DNA from: Epiperipatus broadwayi
Lineage: Eukaryota > Animalia > Onychophora
Direction: 5' to 3'
DNA: 64,000 nt
Assembly (NCBI GenBank): GCA_028023455.1
Contig: JAQFVV010000007.1
Span: 17,422,001 to 17,486,000, forward strand
The notes beneath the pieces are model-generated. The model saw only the letters and a list, made by a program, of their open reading frames with translations, did not search any database and was not told where the DNA came from. The position numbers and the translations under genes are program-made. The stretch's first letter is position 1. The number at the start of each line of letters is the position of its first letter. Shown piece by piece: positions 52,131 to 64,000 of this stretch.

Positions 52131-52599
52131 GAATATGTGGCAGGTTTTTGATTGAGGACATCCTCAATAATGAGGAATCCTGAAGATGAAAAGGAAGACT
52201 AATTATGATTTGATTTTATCAAAGGAAAAAAAGTGCAATTTTGAATAATAATAATATCCAAGTCTTGTTTATATGGTTTATCTTCTCAATTTTTGACCGA
52301 ATATCTCATGTTTTAACTTCTATTTTTTTTTTTGTTATCATCAAATATTTGGCTGGTGAGCAATGTTTTTATATTAATCTGTCTGACTACTTGGAAAGAA
52401 ACTGATGTGGTCACCTAATATCATATAACCTTTTGAACAATTGAGCAGTTGAATATGTGCATTTTTTTTAGTTAAATTTTCATTAAATTAAATGTGTGTG
52501 TAATAAGTACACGGTTGACACTTCATCTTATGACTTCTTATTCACCACATACTAAATTCTAAAAAAGCTGTTCATTTACAAACTTTTTTTAATGGATCA

Positions 52600-53075
52600 T
52601 CATATGATCCTCATTCTTTATGCTTATACAAGCTGTTTATACAGAGGCTAAACTCTCCATACTATAGCACCACTCAGTGCAAGCCAGAGTAATCAATGGA
52701 TGCAGGAAGGTTTGTGCATAAAATCCTTATTTAGTGCCTATTCATCCCATATCCCCAGACTAGTTCTAGCTTATGACTTTCATCAGTGAGGAGCCTTGGA
52801 TCTGAGAGTGCTGCACCTAGATCTTAAGATCTAGTGCAATCCTCCAGTAGCCACTAATAAAGTGAAAGATGGCTGCTGGAGAATTGCATTAGATCTTAAG
52901 ATTTAGTTGTAGCGCTCTCAGCTCCAAGGCTCCTCACTGATGAAAGCTGCAAGCTAGAAACTATTCTGGAGATATTGGATGAGTAGACACTAGATAGGGA
53001 TTTTATGCACAAACCTTCCTGCAACCATTAATTACTCTGGCTTGTACTGAATGGTGCTACTGTATGGAGAGTTTA
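52600..53075. mobile_element. Family 2 fold-back with two opposed HHR motifs (minus 52753-52791; plus 52932-52971)
   Basis: Left arm 52640-52853 is the reverse complement of 52869-53075. Plus copy: CCTCA-CTGATGA-AAGCTGCAAGCTA-GAAA-CTAT-TC-TGGAG. Confidence 0.85.
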
Positions 53076-54402
53076 TCTTTTATCGGAGTTTAAAATATAA
53101 ATGCAAAAATCTACACTATCTTTTGCCCCAGTTCTACTAATATAGTTTGAACATTGTAGCATTCTAAAGTTTGATATTTATATAGTGTTGAAGATGAAGA
53201 GTTTGTTTTCAAAACAGACCTTACACTGTTATGTTAATTTACAAACTTAGCTTATTCTACGCCATCTGAAGGGTGTTGATTCTACATAAAATGCATCTTG
53301 GGAGTGACTTTTTTTTTGTTTTTTTACAGATATCTCTATTCATATATTTCAAGAATATACATTGAAGTGGACATTTTAATTATATATAAATAAGTTATTA
53401 CGTAAACAGAAGTTGAATTAATTATTTCATGTGTTTATGTTAATGAAAAAACAGATATATTTGATGTTTAACTGAAGTATGAAGTTTATATCTGGATTGG
53501 AATGACACGATAATCTCTAGGCCAATAAATGATTAGTAATAATTATTAATATACATTTGAAATGGATGGTGTCAAAGTTGTGAATGCAGGAATTTTAATC
53601 GAAATTCTTACAAAATCACTGACACTTATAAAAAAGAAAAAGTAGACCAAATATCAGAAATAATTATTAATGAAATATCAGAAACAATACTAATTCCTGT
53701 GTGACTATTACGGCACTTTGCAGTGAATAGCGCTATGGGAAAATTTCACAAAAGCATTTCAGTAAGTTGTGCTCTTTCCAATTTATTCAATTCTTCTCTC
53801 TGATAAATTAGAAAAAATTGATTTAAAGGAAGAAACTATCCAATCCGTATATCAATGACTAACACTAATAAGCAATTACTTTAGATCCAGAAATCATTTA
53901 GCAAATCATATGAACAAATCTTTTAGAGTACAGAGCCAAGTAGAAAGGACATATGTTCAATGGGAGTTAATAATGCAGCAAAGATAGTTTGAAGCGGATA
54001 TAACATAAAACATCTATCATTAAAATGGGAAATAATAATTTCATATTTAAGTTTGAAATAATAAAATAATATCTCGGTAAACTTCCTTATACACAAAGGT
54101 TGGAAGAGATAAATATTTGTAAGCTTTTACTCTGTTAACAGTTTCACTTTATGACAATACATACAGCTCTAAAATTTCTAACAATTACTATCACTTTCAT
54201 ACTTCAAGAACTTAGTTATGTTGTATTATGTTTAGATTAAGAGAAATATGCATTTCTTTGTTAAAAGTATTACTTGAAATTGAATGTGTTGTTTATTGTT
54301 TTAAAAAAAATCCTCATGGAAATATCTCCTATCCTATGTTGGCTTATAATATTAAAGCCGTTTTGTCCAGTTATGCCTCGTTTAGAGGTAAAATAGCAAC
54401 TA

Positions 54403-54506
54403 GTCAAGCGTTGTTAGCTGAGATATCGCAGCTGCCTTGCAAGCAAGTAGTTGGTTGCAAACAGTTGTGGGTTCGCATCCCGGCCGATGCTATGACATAT
54501 GAAAAA
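54403..54506 (+). mobile_element. tRNA-derived (Ala-TGC-like) short SINE with poly(A) and 13-bp TSD AAAATAGCAACTA
   Basis: A-box-like TAGCTGAGAT, loop CTTGCAA, B-box GGTTCGCATCC, acceptor-like GCGTTG/CGATGC; TSD at 54390-54402 and 54507-54519. Confidence 0.85.
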
Positions 54507-57500
54507 AAAATAGCAACTAACAGTAAGACATGAATTTGCAACTGTTTTTTTACATGTAGAGCATACTCGGATAGCATATGTAAAATTTATTAGCAACATA
54601 TACCGTAAGGCTTTATGAATAATAATAAAGACTTATGCAGCCTGGATGAATCCCTAGGTTCACTTTTACTTTCCTCAATGTCACAGTTGGTGGAATTTAA
54701 CATTTTTTGTCTAACTACATTATTAAGACTTACCAAGTAATCTGTACAGTGTTGACAGCCCAACTGCATCTCTAAGATGCCCTTTTATCCTCTTTTTTTT
54801 CTTTTTTGCAGCTTCCATGAAGTATTACATCTATTTTCTATTATTAATTATCTTGGCTTAAGAGCTTAACTTGTTTTTCCTAATCACAATACTTTTAGCC
54901 AACTTCTATATATGTATATATTTTTAATCCTTTTTTATAGATTAAATATATATTTTTTATTTAATAGAAATAATATGTTCGAATGAATTATGTATATTTA
55001 TGGAATGACTGCTTATATGTTGAACATATATATATGTATGTATGTATTCAGTGGTTGACATACTTAACAAAAACTGACAAGATTTTTCCAGTAGATATTG
55101 ATTTAGTTACATCAAAAAAAGGAAGTTAAGAAAATGTAGGCAAAGCCTGTTTGTAAGCTATTCCCTCCACCCCCATCTAATAGTCTGGCTAGCGTTGCGC
55201 TAATCCCAAATGAATATAGATGTAACCCAAGTTTTGCATATTTTCTAGCTGTAATACTTTCCAACTGTAACGAGTGTATCCTATTAATCTTGTATGTGTA
55301 TTCTTGATGGTTTTTTTTTTAAATCCTATTTCTAGAAAATAAATAGCTAACAAGAATTAAATGAATCTGTGTCAAGCCCGGATCTAAGGATTTAACATAT
55401 TTTTTTTTGTAATTATGTTTAAGATTATCCTTGTGTTCACTGTCTGCCCATACCTCTGATTGTTATATTTTTATTGCCCCCCCCCCCCATTTTTAAATGA
55501 ACAAGCCATCACCTTAAATTCGACACTGCAAATAACATAGCATCTGGAGTCTTATTATTAGAACTAATGATATTAACTATGAAAGTTATCTCCGATTTAA
55601 TAATTTTCTGTATTATTGCAATTCATATATTAATATGTAATCTATTATTTACTAGTTTTATTGTATGTAAAATTTCATGCTTTTTTGTAATGCAAAGATA
55701 TTTTTAAAAAATATATATAAAAAAACCCACTGAATATGGAAAAAAAATTTCTTAGTTACGTCATTGGACAGTAGATGGCGATAAAAAAATTTCTATCGTG
55801 TTCTCCAATTATATTTGTTGGTTTAGTTTTAAACAATTTCATTTTAAATGAATTTTATACGGTGTTGATAGATTTTGACTTTTTTAAAAACTGAAAATTC
55901 TTTTCTTGTGAATAGAAATCTTGCTAACAAGACTTGGAGCAAAATTTGACAGTATTTAATCAACATCACTATTAAAATGCTTCATTCAACAAATTTTGAG
56001 AAGCTTTGCTGAATGCATATTTAATTAGAATTTAAAAATTATTTACTTTAAGTAATATTATTTTAAATGTTTATAATTATAAATGTTTTTTTCTAATTAA
56101 TTTTTTGAAGAAATGGAGGCCGATTTTAATAAAGCACTTTATATATAACAGAATTTTAAAATGGTCATAGTGTTTTTAATTTCATAAGAAGAGTAAAAGC
56201 TAAAATAATTTGGATCAGAAAGTAGATATAAGAATGTATGCAGCTTTATGCAAATTTTTGATTCTCTTTGGAGAACCAGGTATGAAGAGTATCATCAAAA
56301 TAAGTGGATTAAATTTTCTTCAATGTACATTCTTGAACTCTTGCTGAGTAGGATTTCCCATAATGAAATTATTGAATTATGTGTGGTATTTTTTTTTTGT
56401 ACATGAAAGATTGAAACATGAATAAGTAAATCCATATCTTATATTTATATTATAAAAAACAACTTTGGTGATTTGGAGCATATTTGTGCTTAATAATCAT
56501 AATGTAGCAGATTTGATTTAATGGATGACATCATGGGTTTTATTGAAGTCTTATTACCATTTTCAACTGGTCCATTATAGAATGAATGTCTTAAAATTTG
56601 ATCCAATTTTTCCGATTTATACCTCTTCACATAACATCAATAAACTTTCTTATTTTAGTCATCCATTTCACATGCAATCTCTTTCAAGGTCTTTTGGAAT
56701 CCCTTAAGATCCAGTTTGGAATCTGTATATCTTTAGGTTGAAATGTTAGTATTTTTAATAAACTTACTGTTTACCCATCACATCACTTAGTATCCTTTTT
56801 GTAAATCTGTAATCATTCTTGGAACTTCTAGTCATTTTTCTTGGTCACTAATTCTGATTTCACCCTTTGGTATTTCTACATGATGAACTGCAGAGAGTAT
56901 GCAGAGTGATGACATAGTACATGCAATGCTAGAAAAAGTAGTTTGTATGTAATTGGTTATTTAAAATATCTGATGCAAAGACTGCAAAATGAATGAATTT
57001 ATTAACCTTGAGCTAATCCTGTTAAGCCTGTTTTTAGCCATTATCTGAATGCTATGATGTTAATGAATCTCTCCCATTACACATTTGCTTGTTAAATGCT
57101 ACATTTTACTGTTTGCCATTAATTAGATAACTTAATATTTGTAGCGATTGGAATATAATTCATTTTTGTTTAAATAAATTGAAAACTGATTGCAGTATTA
57201 TTTTGTTTTATTGTTCGTCTTTAATTGTATACTTGTCCAGGGTGTTTCAAAGTAGTGGTAAAATGGCAGAATGAATCGAGATCCAGCTATGTCATTTCCG
57301 ATGCTCAAACTTTTTATAAACTCCAAACAATAAACTCTTTGTATTATTTTTTAATTATATATCTTAATATCAGAAATGAATGTAATTTAATTCGATTTCA
57401 GTTTGAATAACTGAAGTCTGAGCAATTTTGGATACATAGGTTATGTGAATTTGATTGCAGTCTGTAAATGAATCATGTTTTTAAGGAACTTAACACTGAT

Positions 57501-57508
57501 ATAATTAC

Positions 57509-57905
57509 GGAAGTACATAGTGGTCACATAAGAAGATCCACTATGAAGATATATATGGATAAACACGATTAGCTTTGAAATGGAAAGTTTCGCAATAGAC
57601 ACTATTGGGTGGAATTCTATTTATCAGTCATGAGTCATTCTAGTAAATGTTTTTGAAATTGATTTTTTATTATTATTTGTGTCTTGATTGTATTCTGAAT
57701 ACGAATTCATGTTTTTAAGGAATTTTACAGATATAGAATTACTGAAGTATATAGTGGCCATGAAAGAAGATCCACCATGAAATTGAATACTGTTAGATAG
57801 GTTTTGAATGGGAAAATTTCCCAGTATAATTGACGGGACTGTCTTTGGAAGGAAATCTAGTTATCAATTGTTATGGCCAGTTGGTAAATGTTTTTAAAAT
57901 TGATT
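57509..57905. repeat. Diverged ~235 bp tandem duplication
   Basis: gaagta(c/t)atagtgg...gaagatccac(t/c)atgaa and gtaaatgttttt(g/a)aaattgatt each occur twice. Confidence 0.6.
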
Positions 57906-58140
57906 GGATCTTCTTATTGGTGGAGCCAAATGAAACTTTTCTTTTAGATTCATTTTCTGTTCTATTTGACTATGAACAGTACTGACCAATTCTGATTTAC
58001 TGTTATTTAATATTTATATTTAAAATAGAATACTTTGAAATTAGTTATCTTTACATTTTTTATTTGTAAAATGTAGTCTCATTATATTAACATTTTGTAT
58101 ATCAAACTTTTGTCTTTTTTTTTTTTTTTTGCAATAATAG

Positions 58141-58256
58141 GAACGAGTCAGAGGAAGAAAGGTCGTGGCCGGCCAAAAACTGTTGAAGTTCACCAAGACG
58201 ATGAACCTTGCGCTTTTTTTGAATGTAAACGACCCCATTCTGATATGCTTGCCTGG
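58141..58256 (+). CDS. Coding exon E: AT-hook (KGRGRPK) followed by the N-terminal half of a probable PHD finger (DDEPCAFFECKRPHSDMLAW)
   Basis: Long T tract then taatag acceptor; TGG|gtaatt donor; phase 1 entry matches exon D. The RGRP core is an AT-hook. C-x4-C-x-RP-x6-W resembles the start of KDM5/Lid-type C-terminal PHD fingers; the remaining ligands are not in the window. Confidence 0.8.
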
Positions 58257-59643
58257 GTAATTTACTATTCAATTTTTTTTATCTTGCATGTTTTAGCTTA
58301 GTAGTAAAAGTAGCAAACTGAGAAGCTAAATGTTTCTAAATCAACTCCTAGCTGTAAAAAAAGTAAAAAAAATTGTAAATTGTTTAATTGAATATTCACA
58401 TTATTTGTTTAAAATTGCAAACTTATCATTCTCCTACAAGCACTGACCACACATTTGACTTCTACGACAACGGTTGATCTTTAAATTTTGCAAGAACAAA
58501 CTTGTGACATTTAATATTGGAATTTTTTTATTTGATGGAAATAATTTTAAAAGCCGAAAGTACTTGTTAAACAAGTCTTTCCCATTCAAATTTCATATTC
58601 TTTTGTTCGCTGAGTATATTGTTTTTGTGAGATTCTCTTAATTTACACACAATCTGTTTCTGTGAATTTACATCTGTGGCAATGCATGTAAACACTTTGT
58701 TTAGGTTGTGTATTCACACAAGCCCAATATTAATATATGTGAAGAAAACGTTGAAGAAGAAGAAAATAAAGATCTTTATTCCCAGGAAACTATTCAATTT
58801 TGGTTCTTAGGTTGTAAAACTATCAGCCAAGATGATGGATTGTAGCTGAAATTGGAGAATAGAGGATTACATATTAATGTATTGTAATTCCAATTTTTTT
58901 TAAAAAATTTAAAATTGTATAGCTTAGAATTATTTGTGATGAAGTAATACCAAACTGGGAATTTTCACATATCTAAAAGTTGTAGCTAATAAATTTGTGA
59001 TTATGGATCCAGGCTGCCATTTGCTAACCTTTTATTTAGGTACCTACAACTACAGATCACTTTCAGATGAAAGAACATTGCATAAATCATAAGAACTGTC
59101 TAATATTAAATGGGCCATTGTTTGACTTTGTGAAAGCAGAAGAAAGGATAAAGAGACTGTTGATTAAAAAATTGCACATTTATTTTATGTCAAAAGCATA
59201 GATATTGGAAACATAAGTGGAGTAGGATTCATTATAAATAAAAAGACGAAGAATAATGTTGTGAAGTTTTATGCTACGTCGGACCGAATGGCAAGATTCA
59301 TTATTCAATGTAATAAAAGATACCAAATGAAGATAATTCAGGTTTATGTCCAACAAGTTCTCATTCTGATGAAGTAAAGATTTTTATATGAGCATACAAA
59401 ATGCTTTTGTTTAGAGAATTAATTTCATGGAAGTCTTTAACTAGGACTTGTAAAGAATTGAAAAATGAAAGTGCTGTGGATAAATTTGTTTATGGTGATA
59501 AAAATGAAAGCGGATACAGACTTGTGGAGGTTATACATAAATAGAAATTGCATATTATGATTTTTTTCATTGAGAAAAATGGACGTGGAAACTTTCAAAT
59601 GAAGGTACAGCAGAAGTGAATATATTTTGACTAAATCACTAAA

Positions 59644-60335
59644 CATCACATGATCACCATTTCTCATGCTTGCTCAAGTTGTTAAAATAGGCAAAACTCT
59701 CCATACAGTAGTGCCAATCAGTGCAAGCCAGAGTAATCAATGGATGCAATATTCCCAGACTAGTTTTCGGCTTGTGGCTTTCATCAATGAGAAGCCTTGG
59801 ATTGACAGCACTGCACCTAGATCTTAGGATCTAATGCAACCCTTCAGCAGCCACCTTTTATCTCTACTTATCTACAAAACTATGAGTCTAAAATTGAAAT
59901 AATAATATTTTCAATCCAAGCTCATTGGCTTATATAGTCATATAGTTTTAGTGGTTTAATATCAATCCTGCCTAATAGGATAGTGGTGGCTATGGTTATT
60001 AAAGAATCAAAGACACCAAAATATATAGGTACTGAACTGAATTCAGACCTATATGACTACATAAGCTAATGAGCTTGGATTGAAAATATTAGTATTTTAA
60101 TTTTAGACTCATAGTTTTGTAGTTAAGTAGAGAAAAAATGTGGCTGCTGGAGGATTGCAGTGCTCTCAGAACAAAGGCTCCTCACTGATGAAAGCCACAA
60201 GCTAGAAACTAGTCTCGGAATATTGGATAAGTAGGCACTAGAAAGGGATTTTATGCACAAGCCTTCTGGCTTCCATTGATTACTTTGGCTTATACTGAGT
60301 GGCACTACTGTATGGAGAGTTTTTCCTGATTTAAC
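59644..60335. mobile_element. Longest family 2 fold-back (~690 bp): HHR on the minus strand at 59753-59792 and on the plus strand at 60180-60219
   Basis: Arms about 59690-59944 and 60049-60330; the loop carries the upstream family sequence including a vestigial ORF end. Confidence 0.85.
60180..60219 (+). ncRNA. Type I hammerhead ribozyme motif, family 2, intact core
   Basis: CCTCA-CTGATGA-AAGC-CACAA-GCTA-GAAA-CTAG-TC-TCGGA; palindromic ACTAGT stem III; predicted cleavage after C60214. Confidence 0.8.
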
Positions 60336-60749
60336 ATTTTGACTAATATAAGATATGCATTTTAAGATCGTAATGTTTTTAATAAATTCAACACAGAAAA
60401 TAATCAGCTATTAGTGATATGTAAAATATGTGTTAATGCAAATCTAGAGCTATTAAGAAAGACAATATTTTTAACCTTCAGAATGTTACTATAAAGTTAA
60501 ATTGGAACTTGAAAATCGTTTTAAAATATTAACAGACTTTGAAAATGGTTCAGGTTTGTGTGAAATGAGTGAGGAGATAATTGATCCTATTTTAGCAATT
60601 GCAAGAAAAATAGGTGCAAAAGAGCAATAATTAACCAGTAAATTTTTTATTAAGACTGGAAGGAGTACGAAAACATTTTTAAATGTTCTGTTAAAAAAAT
60701 ATTGAATATCTAGAATTTTGTAAAATAGCATGAAATGTTAATAATAGTG

Positions 60750-62440
60750 TAAGAAAACATAATTGTGAATTCTCAAGGAAAAGTCTCAAAAGTGTAAAAC
60801 AATATCTAGGTATTGGAAAGTTGTTTCAGAAATAAGACAAAAAGATGAAACTGTTATTAGAAAAAAGAAATGATTTCATGAAATATGCAGGAGAGTTATA
60901 TAAAGAATTATATAGTAATAAAGAATAAGAAAAAATACAGTATCTCCTACAATTAATTAGTTTTCTAATTTGCTAAGTATTTTAAATGAAAAATTGAGAC
61001 ACAAATCAATGAAGAAGGGGAAAGTTCTCAGAAATGATGAAGTTATTGCTGATATTTTAAAAGAAGCAAGTGCAAAAATAGAAAAATAGTTGGCAAAACT
61101 ACATGCCAAATATCTAAATGACAAAGATATAATGACTGATTGGAAAAATACAGCAATAATATTAAAGATGACAAAGAAGACATTAGAAATTACAAACTTA
61201 TCACTTTTCTATCAGTTTTGTATAAAATCTTTACAAAGTGAATTACAATTCATCGACAATGAACTTTGGATTTTATCTAATTAAAAAGAACAAGCTAGAT
61301 TTAGTGATAATTTTAGCACTTGATTACACCCAAATATTATGAATAGTTATAAAAAGGACCAATGAATGTGAGATATCTTATATTTTGGGTTTATAGATTG
61401 TGAAAAGACATTTGATTCTATAAGCATAGTTCATCAAAATACAGACCCTGGATATTGTCGTATTGTGAAAGATATTTATCAAAATGCAATAGCAATGATT
61501 TAGATTACATGATATTACTAATTCTATCAAAGTCGTATTGTTCAAGTTAATATGAAATGATATAATAAAACTAGTAAAACAATCTTAAAAGCATTGAGCC
61601 ACTTTCTGGCAGATTGCTGCCGGAATCGTAATGCTGAACAGAGAAAATTAACATTAATAAGGGTGTACCACAATATCATTCTATATCTCTGAAACTTTTT
61701 ACAGCAGTTTTTCAAGAAGTATTTAGAGGATTAAAGTCGGGAAGTTAAGGAGTAAAAGTAAACAAAGCAGACAATGTAATTGATTTTGCAAATAACGTTT
61801 TTTCAGAACTTCACGACATATAAGAGTTATCCAATGAAAGTAAAAATATAGGATGAAAGATAAAAGTTAAATGCTCAAACAGCTAAAATAATCAATGGAT
61901 CTTCTCAGAAGAAAAAAATTACGGTTGATAATCATGAATTTGAATAACAACCACAATACCTTGGTCAGATTATTAATCCACATTCAAGATAAAATTAACC
62001 ATAGAATTAAACTCGGATGGAGTTGTATTTGTAGAAATTATTTAGTATTAAAAGGAAACATGACTGTGTTTGAAAAGAAAGCATTTAATAGATGTGTTTT
62101 ATCAGTTGTTATCTATGGTTCTGAGATTTGGATTTTTAGCAGGACAGCAACACAGGTGCTTCAGACTATTTAATGAAGTATGGAGAGATATATATTAGGA
62201 GTAAACAGAAGAGATCGAAAATAAATGATTGCAAGAATAACAAGTATCAATGACGTTATTAAAGGAACTAAGAAATTGAAATGGAGATGAGCTGATATTG
62301 ATAGAAAAGATGATAATGGGTTAACAGTTGAAAATTACATCCCAAGAGATTGTAAAAGACCGAGAAAAAGACCAAATGTGAGATAGATAAATGAAAATTT
62401 GATCATATAATATAAAAAAGATAGGTTATACATCAGAGAA
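60750..62440 (+). mobile_element. Degraded RTE-clade LINE, RT domain and C-terminus
   Basis: FIDCEKTFDSI at about 61390; GVPQ-like region at about 61660; ORF 61895..62173 contains KINHRIKLGW...FNRCVLSVVIYGSEIW, typical of RTE. Confidence 0.85.
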
Positions 62441-64000
62441 AGTAGATTAAATTGGCAGATTTTCATTCTGCAGTGAATTGATAATGGTTGGAAATGATGA
62501 TGATGATTTGTGATGACATAAGATTTATACATAAAACAAATACTAAGCCTATCATTTGACAGATAGAAGCTTAGAAAAGAATTTTTTTTTATTAGTTTTA
62601 TCATTGATCAAGTTTATGTTGAGAATAAATGCAGACCAAGCATAAACAGAATTGAATGTAGGGAAAAAATAATAGAACATATGGACAGACATTTTGAGTA
62701 GTGAAGAATCCTTTTTGGAAAATAGAATAAATACTGAAAGAAAGAAACTAAGGAAAAAGTTATTAGATTGTATATCACAACCACGGTTAGGCAGTAATTC
62801 TGCCATTAGTAAACCGTAGTAAAAAAACAACAGCCTTTGCACATTTATTTATATAATATTAAAATGTTTTGTTTAATTTACATTAAATCTTTAAAAAAAA
62901 ATTATTAAAACAACCAACTAAAAAAAATAGCCTTTTTGAGCTGGGTACATGTAAGGCTGTCATGTGTCAAATTCACAACCAATTAAAAAAAAAAAATTAT
63001 GTTTATGCAAAGGAATTGGGAAATAATTGCACCATTATAAAAAATGCTCCGAAAAAATCAGTACATGTGTTTTTGCCTACAGAGGTATAGTATTTAAATC
63101 ATGAAGAAAATGTGATTACAATCCCTAAATTCATGTTTGTAATGTGATATTTAGCGTGGCTGATGTACATTTCTTACATTTACTTACATCATATTAAAAT
63201 CTTTTGTTTAATTTTCATTAAATCTTAAAAAAAATTTGTTAAAGCAACCAATTAAAAAAAACATGTCCTATGTAGGTCTAGTACATTTGGTATATATATA
63301 ATAGAATATTGCCCTCTCAATATAAACAAATGCATTGCCCTCTGGTGTGGGTTTGTGAAATCAAAATATAAGAAATATTCATAAGCAGATAAGACCAGCA
63401 TTTGAGAGAATTAATTTAAAATACTAGGGAAAAGCATTCAGAATGGAAGAGGAAATAAAAGTGTGAATAATTATTTAAGATCTAAGTTCTTTTGGTGTAT
63501 TCTAAGAAAAATTAAGCAACTAGATGTTATATAATTTAAATTTTTTGTTTTTGTATTTCTCTCTTTCATTATCATTTTTCTTTGCTATATATGTTAATTT
63601 TTTTTTGCTTGAATACAGGTTCGGTAATTATGCAGGAGAAAAGTAGTATCAGGTGTTAATGTTTGATCATTATTGCTTGTCATCTCAATTTTAGAGCTAC
63701 ATCATAACCCATTTTTTTTACTTTGTGCTTAAAAACTTGTTTTTATATGTTCAAATACTCGTAAAGAGTAGGTAGTCATTATGAGTGATGGTTCATTATC
63801 TTCTTGGAATATTTTGTTTACAATCCCATATTGTGAATAAATTTAATAATGAAATTTTTTCTCACTAAGATGGCAAATAAATACAGAAAGTGTATAAATT
63901 TTGACTCGCATCATTAAAGCTATATGTGAAATAAGATAATGCAATTTATTTAAAATGTAAGAGATGAAATTCACTTAATTATTAAATACAATACTTTTTT

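Noticed and set aside
54403-54506. Functional tRNA gene
   Set aside because: Poly(A) tail, 13-bp TSD, imperfect stems and a second truncated copy indicate a retroposed SINE.
63619-63652. Next (PHD-completing) exon after a strong acceptor at 63618
   Set aside because: In the required phase 0 it reads GTT CGG TAA (stop), and no CxxC/WxH motif follows.

Overview
AT-rich, repeat-dense eukaryotic DNA (invertebrate-like, probably arthropod; not provable from sequence alone). Most short ORFs in the supplied track are spurious. (1) The window holds five widely spaced, phase-compatible + strand exons (7781-8040, 21579-21694, 26577-26843, 42812-43123, 58141-58256) of one gene that starts and ends outside the window. 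They encode a Ser-rich low-complexity region containing a duplicated exon, then an AT-hook and the start of a PHD-type zinc finger. (2) The introns carry decayed transposons: a Gypsy gag remnant, a rearranged Gypsy pol element with two ~1.3 kb LTRs, L1/Tx1-like and RTE-like LINE relics, two TA-flanked pogo/Tigger-like MITEs, a tRNA-derived SINE with TSD, several fold-back palindromes and tandem arrays. (3) The most notable signal is two related repeat families carrying minimal type I hammerhead ribozyme (HHR) motifs of the Penelope-like/retrozyme kind. These have a CUGANGA...GAAA core, a palindromic ACCGGU or ACUAGU stem III and a covarying stem I. Family 1 forms an inverted-plus-tandem array of ~350-370 bp units at 8.7-9.7 kb. 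Family 2 occurs as at least eight mostly fold-back copies. Both share an unusual A just 5' of GAAA and a vestigial ORF C-terminus. One fold-back turns exactly at the predicted ribozyme cleavage site.
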